This document shows positions 58,216 through 64,000 of a DNA stretch of 64,000 nucleotides, in pieces (the stretch's first letter is position 1; every line of letters starts with the position of its first letter). Below the pieces are notes generated by a model that saw only the letters and a list, made by a program, of their open reading frames with translations, searched no databases and was not told where the DNA came from. The DNA comes from Patescibacteria group bacterium (lineage in GTDB: Bacteria; Patescibacteriota; Patescibacteriia; JAQUQO01). Location: the NCBI GenBank assembly GCA_028716045.1, contig JAQUQO010000001.1, forward strand, positions 862,343 through 926,342, written 5' to 3'. The translations under genes and the position numbers were made by a program.

Positions 58216-59385
58216 ATGGGCAGTACAACCGACAATAAATCTTTTTTAATAATCACCCACGGATCTTTTTCTTCTGGCTATGGCCCGGCACAGGAATTGC
58301 GCGATCTTTTGGTGCGACAAAAAAATTTGGTGGGATTTTTAGAACACCCCTTCCCTTATAGCAAGGAGATGAAAAATTCCAGAATAACCATTTTTCAAGA
58401 TGGTGAGAAGACGGAATACTGGGAGGGGCGGAAAATATGGGGCCCGGATTTTTTTTATTACATCAAAGATTTTTTTTCCACTATATTTTTTGTAATTAAG
58501 TTCAAGAAGAAATTTGATTTTTGCATCGCGGCTGATAATTTAAATTCTTTTGCCGGCTGGTTTTTAAAAAAATTAGGCGCAGTAAATAAATTGGTTTATT
58601 GGACCATTGATTACACTCCTCGCAGATTTGACAATTATATTTTGAATGAGATTTATCACTTTATAGACAGATTTTGTTGCTATCACGCCGATTTTTTATG
58701 GAATAGTTCTGTAAGGATGAAAGAAGCCAGGAGAAAAAATGGCGTTAATATTAATCGCTGTTGTCGAGAAATTATTATTAAGGACGGTTGCCGTTTTGAA
58801 AAAATAGAGCGTTTGCCCGATGAGCAAGTTGTCCCTGACAAATTGGTTTTCATGGGCCATTTAATAAAATTAAAAGGCCTAGAGCTTTTAATTCAGGCCC
58901 TGCCGCTTGTTTTAGAGGAAAATCCGGAAGCGACGCTTACTATTATAGGCACCGGCGGGGAAGAGGAAAATTTAAAGAAGATGGCGGCTGAATTGGGCCT
59001 CAAGGACAAGGTCATTTTTACTGGCTATATAGAAGATCACGCCGATGTCGAGAGAATTATAGCTTCATGCGGAATTGCCTTGGCTCCATATGTACCCGAC
59101 CCCAATAGTTTTACTTTTTTTTCTGAGGTGGGGAAAGTCAAAGTTTATCTCGCTTGCGGCTTGCCGGTTATTATTACCAATGTGCCGGAAATTGCCATGG
59201 ATATAGAAAAAGAAAGAGCTGGTTTTATAATTGATTATAAAAAAGAAGATTTAGCCGATAAAATAAATAAGTTGCTGTCCGATAGAGAACTTTATTTCGT
59301 TTTCAGGCGCAATGCCATTAAACTCGTTGAAGGATTAAGTTGGGAGAAGGTTTTTTCCCGGGGACTCCAAGAGATTGAAAAATAG
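58216..59385 (+). CDS. family 1 (GT4-type) glycosyltransferase
   Basis: 389 aa. C-terminal EX7E-like segment (EKERAGFIIDYKKED). GT-B layout. Confidence 0.7.
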   Translation: MGSTTDNKSFLIITHGSFSSGYGPAQELRDLLVRQKNLVGFLEHPFPYSKEMKNSRITIFQDGEKTEYWEGRKIWGPDFFYYIKDFFSTIFFVIKFKKKFDFCIAADNLNSFAGWFLKKLGAVNKLVYWTIDYTPRRFDNYILNEIYHFIDRFCCYHADFLWNSSVRMKEARRKNGVNINRCCREIIIKDGCRFEKIERLPDEQVVPDKLVFMGHLIKLKGLELLIQALPLVLEENPEATLTIIGTGGEEENLKKMAAELGLKDKVIFTGYIEDHADVERIIASCGIALAPYVPDPNSFTFFSEVGKVKVYLACGLPVIITNVPEIAMDIEKERAGFIIDYKKEDLADKINKLLSDRELYFVFRRNAIKLVEGLSWEKVFSRGLQEIEK

Positions 59386-59397
59386 AAAATTAAATTC

Positions 59398-61947
59398 ATG
59401 ATAAATTTTTTTAAGAGAAATAAAAATATTTTATTTTTCTCATTTTTTTCTTTAGTGCTCGCGGCACCGTTTATTTATAATATTTTTTTATATGGAGGCT
59501 CTTCGGGTACGCTATTGATGGATTCTTCCATTTTTTCTCTTAATTTGGGGAAATATTTTTCCGATTTGTTTTATAATAAATCTCATTTTCTTTTCGGCCA
59601 GTACTCCATTTTTACCATAAATTATTTTGTCTTTTATGCTTTTTGGTTTTTATTGAAAATTTTATTTACCCAGATTGTTGCTTATTTTATTTTTTGTATT
59701 CTTGCCTATTGGGCGGGATTTTATTTTTTTGTTAAACTATTTTTAGAATTAAAGCAAACTGATGATAAGCGACCGTCTTTTGCCACTGCGGATTTTAAAG
59801 AATTTGCGGTTATAATTATTTTGGGGCTGCTTTTTTTTACCTCCGTTTCTTTTTTTATCTATTTAAAAAATTCCATTACCTATGAGATCCCTTATTTATT
59901 GTTGCCCCTCGGTCTTTATTATTCCTTGAAGTTTTTAAAGACGGGCAGAAAAATTGAGCTTTTACCGCTATTGGCCTTTTCTCTGATTTTAAGCAGTATT
60001 AACTTCACTTATTTTTTGATAGATATTATTTTTATTAATTTTTTTGTTTTAGTTTTTAATTTAAGCGTCAAAAAGCCATGGAAAGAATTTTTTAAAAGAA
60101 TAATTATCGTTGATTTTCTTTTTTTGCCGACTTTTATATTACTGGCCATTTCCGTAATTATCGGCTCCCTGTATTTCGGCAGTGTTTTTGATTTGGCGGG
60201 AAAAGTATCCGAAGATTTTTATAGTTTAAATGCAACTTATTTCAATATCTTTAGGCAAACCGCCGACTGGGGTTTTTTCGGCAGCTGGCAGGGGAAATTA
60301 TATTTTGAATTTGCTAAGTTTTACGCCGAAAAATTTGCAATAATTTTTGCCCTGGCCCCGTATATTTTATTGGTTTATCTTTTGATTAAAAATAAATTAA
60401 GGGACAACCTAGGAATTATCGTTATTTTTTTAGTATCTTGGCTCACGGTTTTCCAGATGATGCTCGGGTTGAACAATCCGGTTTATAAATTTTTTTATGA
60501 TAATATTTTAGGATTCCAGGTATTTAGGAATATCACGAAGTTTTCTCCGTTGTTGAATTTTATATGGATTCTAGTCGTTTATTTATTATTTTTGAATTTT
60601 TTTAAGCAAAAACGGAATTTATGGATAGTATCTCTGCTTTTGGTTGCCGGCTTGTTGTATAATTTGCCGTATTGGCTGTATGCAGAGTGGTTTTTTGGGG
60701 ATAGAGTTGTGGGGGAGGTCCCGGCATATTGGTATGAGACCGTAGATTATTTGAATCATAATACAGACCAAAATAGCAGAGTTCTGTTTTTGCCCGCCAC
60801 CTATATTAATGACGCTTATAATTGGGGCGGGAAGATGGTTCAGATTCAGGGTAGTTTGGCCGATATTTTTTTGGATAGGAAATCTTACAGATTAAGCGAA
60901 ATTTTAATAGGAGATGCTTTTATGCAGTCCGATATGAGCAAGTTGTTTATTAACAGCCCACGCACCTTAAGAGGGAAAGAAGTGGATTATGGGTTGCTTT
61001 CCGGTTTTGTAAAAAATTATAATATGGACTATATTGTTGTTACAAAAGATTTGGTCTCCGAGTATGAGGGCGGGGCGGATTTGCCGCGGTGGCTCGAAGA
61101 AAATGGCTACAAAAAGAAAGGGGATTTTGGAGAAATGAATATTTATTATAATGAAGATAATTTTTTGCCTCTTTTCAGCGCCGGCCAGATATATTTTAGT
61201 AAGTTAGACAATAAAAAATACAGAATTTTCATAAAAGGTCTGGCCGGAACGGAAGACCTGGTATTTTTAGAGCCATATGATAAGCAATGGGAGTTATATT
61301 TGGAAAAATCCCCCGATAATAATTGGTGCCTGGAAGATAAAAAATATTGTTTAAATGGTTTGTTGGAGAGGGAGAGAGAGGAGCAGTTGACGGAAAAGTT
61401 TAATAACTTATCCGAGCCGAAGCCGTTCGCCTACGAAGTTTTGGAAGGAGAAAGTTATAGTAGCGTTGCTAAAAAATTTGAAGTGGGTTATAATGAATTA
61501 CTAAGGATAAATAAGTACCAACGGATAATGTCAGGCAAAGAGATAATTATTCCGGTAAGCCAGAAGGCGCAAGATGAATATTTTGTTGCCAAGAAAAAAA
61601 TTGAGAATGAGATTATCGGCTTGGATAAACAGCGGGTAGTGCAATGCCAGAGTCGCCACGGATTTTTTCCCGCGTTCAAGGATTTGTTTTATTCTTGGCA
61701 GAGCCCATTAGGCAAGAATGATAGCCATACTTTAGCGGGCAGTTATGCAAATGGGTGGGTTTTAGATCCCAATTATATCAAGAATAATTATCCCAAAAAT
61801 TTTTATAAAAAAAATTCGGACGGTTCTATTGATATTGAGTTAATTGTTTATTTTCGCCCACAGTCGTATTTTTATTTGGCCCTATCCTCAGTTGTGCTTT
61901 CGTTGTTTATATACGTGTTGTTTGTTTTTAATTTTTTAAAAAGATGA
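59398..61947 (+). CDS. large polytopic membrane protein with C-terminal extracytoplasmic domain (putative GT-C-type glycosyltransferase / arabinofuranosyltransferase-like)
   Basis: 849 aa. ~10-12 N-terminal TM helices, a large soluble C-terminal part, and a final TM helix. The call rests on architecture. Confidence 0.4.
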   Translation: MINFFKRNKNILFFSFFSLVLAAPFIYNIFLYGGSSGTLLMDSSIFSLNLGKYFSDLFYNKSHFLFGQYSIFTINYFVFYAFWFLLKILFTQIVAYFIFCILAYWAGFYFFVKLFLELKQTDDKRPSFATADFKEFAVIIILGLLFFTSVSFFIYLKNSITYEIPYLLLPLGLYYSLKFLKTGRKIELLPLLAFSLILSSINFTYFLIDIIFINFFVLVFNLSVKKPWKEFFKRIIIVDFLFLPTFILLAISVIIGSLYFGSVFDLAGKVSEDFYSLNATYFNIFRQTADWGFFGSWQGKLYFEFAKFYAEKFAIIFALAPYILLVYLLIKNKLRDNLGIIVIFLVSWLTVFQMMLGLNNPVYKFFYDNILGFQVFRNITKFSPLLNFIWILVVYLLFLNFFKQKRNLWIVSLLLVAGLLYNLPYWLYAEWFFGDRVVGEVPAYWYETVDYLNHNTDQNSRVLFLPATYINDAYNWGGKMVQIQGSLADIFLDRKSYRLSEILIGDAFMQSDMSKLFINSPRTLRGKEVDYGLLSGFVKNYNMDYIVVTKDLVSEYEGGADLPRWLEENGYKKKGDFGEMNIYYNEDNFLPLFSAGQIYFSKLDNKKYRIFIKGLAGTEDLVFLEPYDKQWELYLEKSPDNNWCLEDKKYCLNGLLEREREEQLTEKFNNLSEPKPFAYEVLEGESYSSVAKKFEVGYNELLRINKYQRIMSGKEIIIPVSQKAQDEYFVAKKKIENEIIGLDKQRVVQCQSRHGFFPAFKDLFYSWQSPLGKNDSHTLAGSYANGWVLDPNYIKNNYPKNFYKKNSDGSIDIELIVYFRPQSYFYLALSSVVLSLFIYVLFVFNFLKR

Positions 61948-64000
61948 AATTTTTTAAAAAGCATAAATTAATTATTTTAGCCGTGGCATTAGCGGCAGTG
62001 ATTATTGCCGCTTCGTTTTTTCATTATTTGACAAATTGGCGATTCGCCGAGAGTGAGGAGTATAATTTTAACGGTTTATCTTACGACAATTTGCTCTCCG
62101 ACCATTCTTTTGAAGATGAAAATTCGTGGGGTTTTAAAATTAGTATTGACGACAGTTTTTACAAAAATATTAAATTGAGCGGTGTTCAGTCATGTCAAGG
62201 AAGGATAAGCCTTTCCTACCTAACCGAACCCATCCGGGTAAGGTATTATCCCGAGAAATTTGAAGGTCCGGAAGCCAAAAGCACGGTTATTTTCAAATTT
62301 TACGACCCGGATGGTAACTTTGTTTCCAACCTAACCTATGTTCTAAATGGCGCTACTGACCATTGGGCCAATATTAATACGATCGCCGGCGGTATTAGTT
62401 TTATAACTAATATCAGGAATAACCATAAAGTGGGGGAAATTTCCGAAGTCAGTTTTGACAATATCTTGAAAGATCAAAACAACGGCGCTAAAAGAATCGG
62501 CGCTCCTGCCCTCAAGAAAGAAAATATCAGCAAAGTGGAGCTGGAGCTGTGGAGCTGGTACAGCCCCGCCGGAGGAGACGTTAAAGTTTCTTACGAGGGA
62601 TGGGAAAGGTACGCCTACGTTGATAGCAATGTTAATTTTAAATTTATAGATGTTTTGCATGATGAAAACTTGCAGGAGCGTTCTCCAATTTATAAAGCCC
62701 GTTATTTTCCGAGCGATGGTCAAAAATATTTGGAATTATCCGCGCCCCTCCATCATTTTTCCGAATTTACGCAAAAAATTAATTTGGAGCCGGGAACGGA
62801 ATATATTTTATTAGCCGATGCCCGCGTAAGGGCCGGTAAAAGCTCGCCCATTATAGAGATAGTTGATTCTCAAAACAACACTCTTTTTTCAGAAAGTTTG
62901 GATTTTTGTCTGGGTCAGGCGGGTTGGTACCGGTTCGGAGGAGTGTTTTCTTCAAATGGCTCCGAGGCCTTGTTAAAGTTAAAAGTTTTTAATGCGCTAA
63001 ATAAAATTAATTCCGATCGTGTTGATTTTGACAATATTTGGCTGATTAAAGTGCCGTCCGATTATAGTAGAAAGAGATATTTATCCGATATAGCGAAAGT
63101 TTTTAATATCAAAGAAGACAATAAAAATTTTATTCCCACCGCCTTGGATTATTCCAAGCTTTACGGGGAAGAATTCGCGAATGAACTCTCGGCCGCTTAT
63201 GATGGGCTGGGCGTGCCGATTTACGATTTGTATTTTGACGAAAATAAATTTTATTCCGGGGATATTAAAAGTGACAAGATAGCCGCCACTCTTGTTTATA
63301 ACGGAAATTCCTATAAAACTAAAATGAGGGTGAGGGGCGATTACGGAGTTCATTCCGTGGCACCCGTCAAGTCGTTGCGAATTGATTTTTCGGGGTCGGA
63401 ATCTTTTTATGGCAAAAGCTCCATAAATTTAATCAGGCCGTTGGTTCGAGGGTTTATCAATGAGGAATACAGTTATTATGTAGCCGCAAAATTGGGTTTA
63501 ATTAACCTGGATAATCAATTTGTGTTTCTTAGAGTCAATGGTCGACCCTATGGCTTAATGCATGAAATGGAACAATGGTCGGAGGAATTGCTTGAAAAAA
63601 ACCAAAAACCGCTAGGTGATCTGTATAGCGGCGAGGGAGATGACATGGGGACTGAAGCGCATATTAATGCTTATAAAAAAGTTACGCCAGTTTTTTGGGA
63701 TAAGTATACCAAAGACCCTTTTCAGAATAAAAATGATAATACCAACATTCTTTTGCTGATTAATTTTTTGGATTGGGGGATGCTGGACAAATTCGAAGCA
63801 ATGATTAATATGGAAAAATTTTTAATATGGAATGCCCACGCTATTTTAGTGGGTAGCACCCATCAAGACCAAGTCCATAACAACAGATTTTATTTTGACA
63901 ATACTTATGGCGGGTTTGAGCCGATACCTTGGGATATGAGGGCTTATTACGGTCCGGAGCAGATAGGCAATATCATATATAATACTTTTGCCGACTTTCT
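61945..64000 (+). CDS. CotH-like protein with N-terminal signal/TM anchor and carbohydrate-binding-like region; partial, runs off the window end
   Basis: Not in the ORF track. The frame stays open from ATG 61945 (MKFFKKHKLIILAVALAAV) to position 64000 with no stop. The C-terminal part (VNGRPYGLMHEMEQWSEE...NNRFYFDNTYGGFEPIPWD) resembles CotH kinase-fold proteins. Confidence 0.4.

Overview
This 64-kb window is a low-GC, gene-dense bacterial genome fragment. Its gene content resembles a Candidate Phyla Radiation / Patescibacteria-like organism (inference only; no search could be run). The supporting features are an rny-ymdB pair, RNase J, a short IF-2, SecG, HU, a membrane H+-pyrophosphatase, very few metabolic genes, and a large nucleotide-sugar/glycosyltransferase island ending in a CotH-like gene.

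Housekeeping genes recognised from motifs: trpS, a radical-SAM/SPASM protein, rnj, an ABC substrate-binding protein, secG, a DsbA-like oxidoreductase, uvrA, rplS, an RluA-family pseudouridine synthase, cca, a LysM-M23 peptidase, hppA, tig, nfo, hup, ymdB, rny, purF, truB, infB, trxA, trxB, a TDH-like SDR and leuS.

Six tRNA genes are present. tRNA-Leu(CAG) lies on the minus strand. An array on the plus strand carries Gly(GCC), Leu(TAA), Lys(TTT), Tyr(GTA) and Lys(CTT). The array shows a duplicated leader and flanking tRNA 5' fragments.

From 40.9 kb to the window end, one co-directional block of about 23 kb encodes UDP-sugar and GDP-sugar modification enzymes, glycosyltransferases, a flippase and a TPP/ferredoxin module.

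The most unusual region is 15.3-19.1 kb. A compositionally atypical 226-aa protein of unknown function is followed by about 800 bp with no ORF. That stretch holds three or four short paralogous promoter-to-terminator units (putative sRNAs), then an XPD/DinG-type Fe-S helicase. Both protein genes and two of the sRNA units end in the same roughly 27-nt terminator hairpin. I could not match this arrangement to a described system.

Other notable items are a NUDIX-box domain inserted in LeuRS, an in-frame hairpin-pair insertion in leuS, and a GIY-YIG mini-element at tRNA-Gly bounded by direct repeats. There is also a 7-bp tandem repeat inside cca and a GC-rich orphan gene at 32.2 kb.
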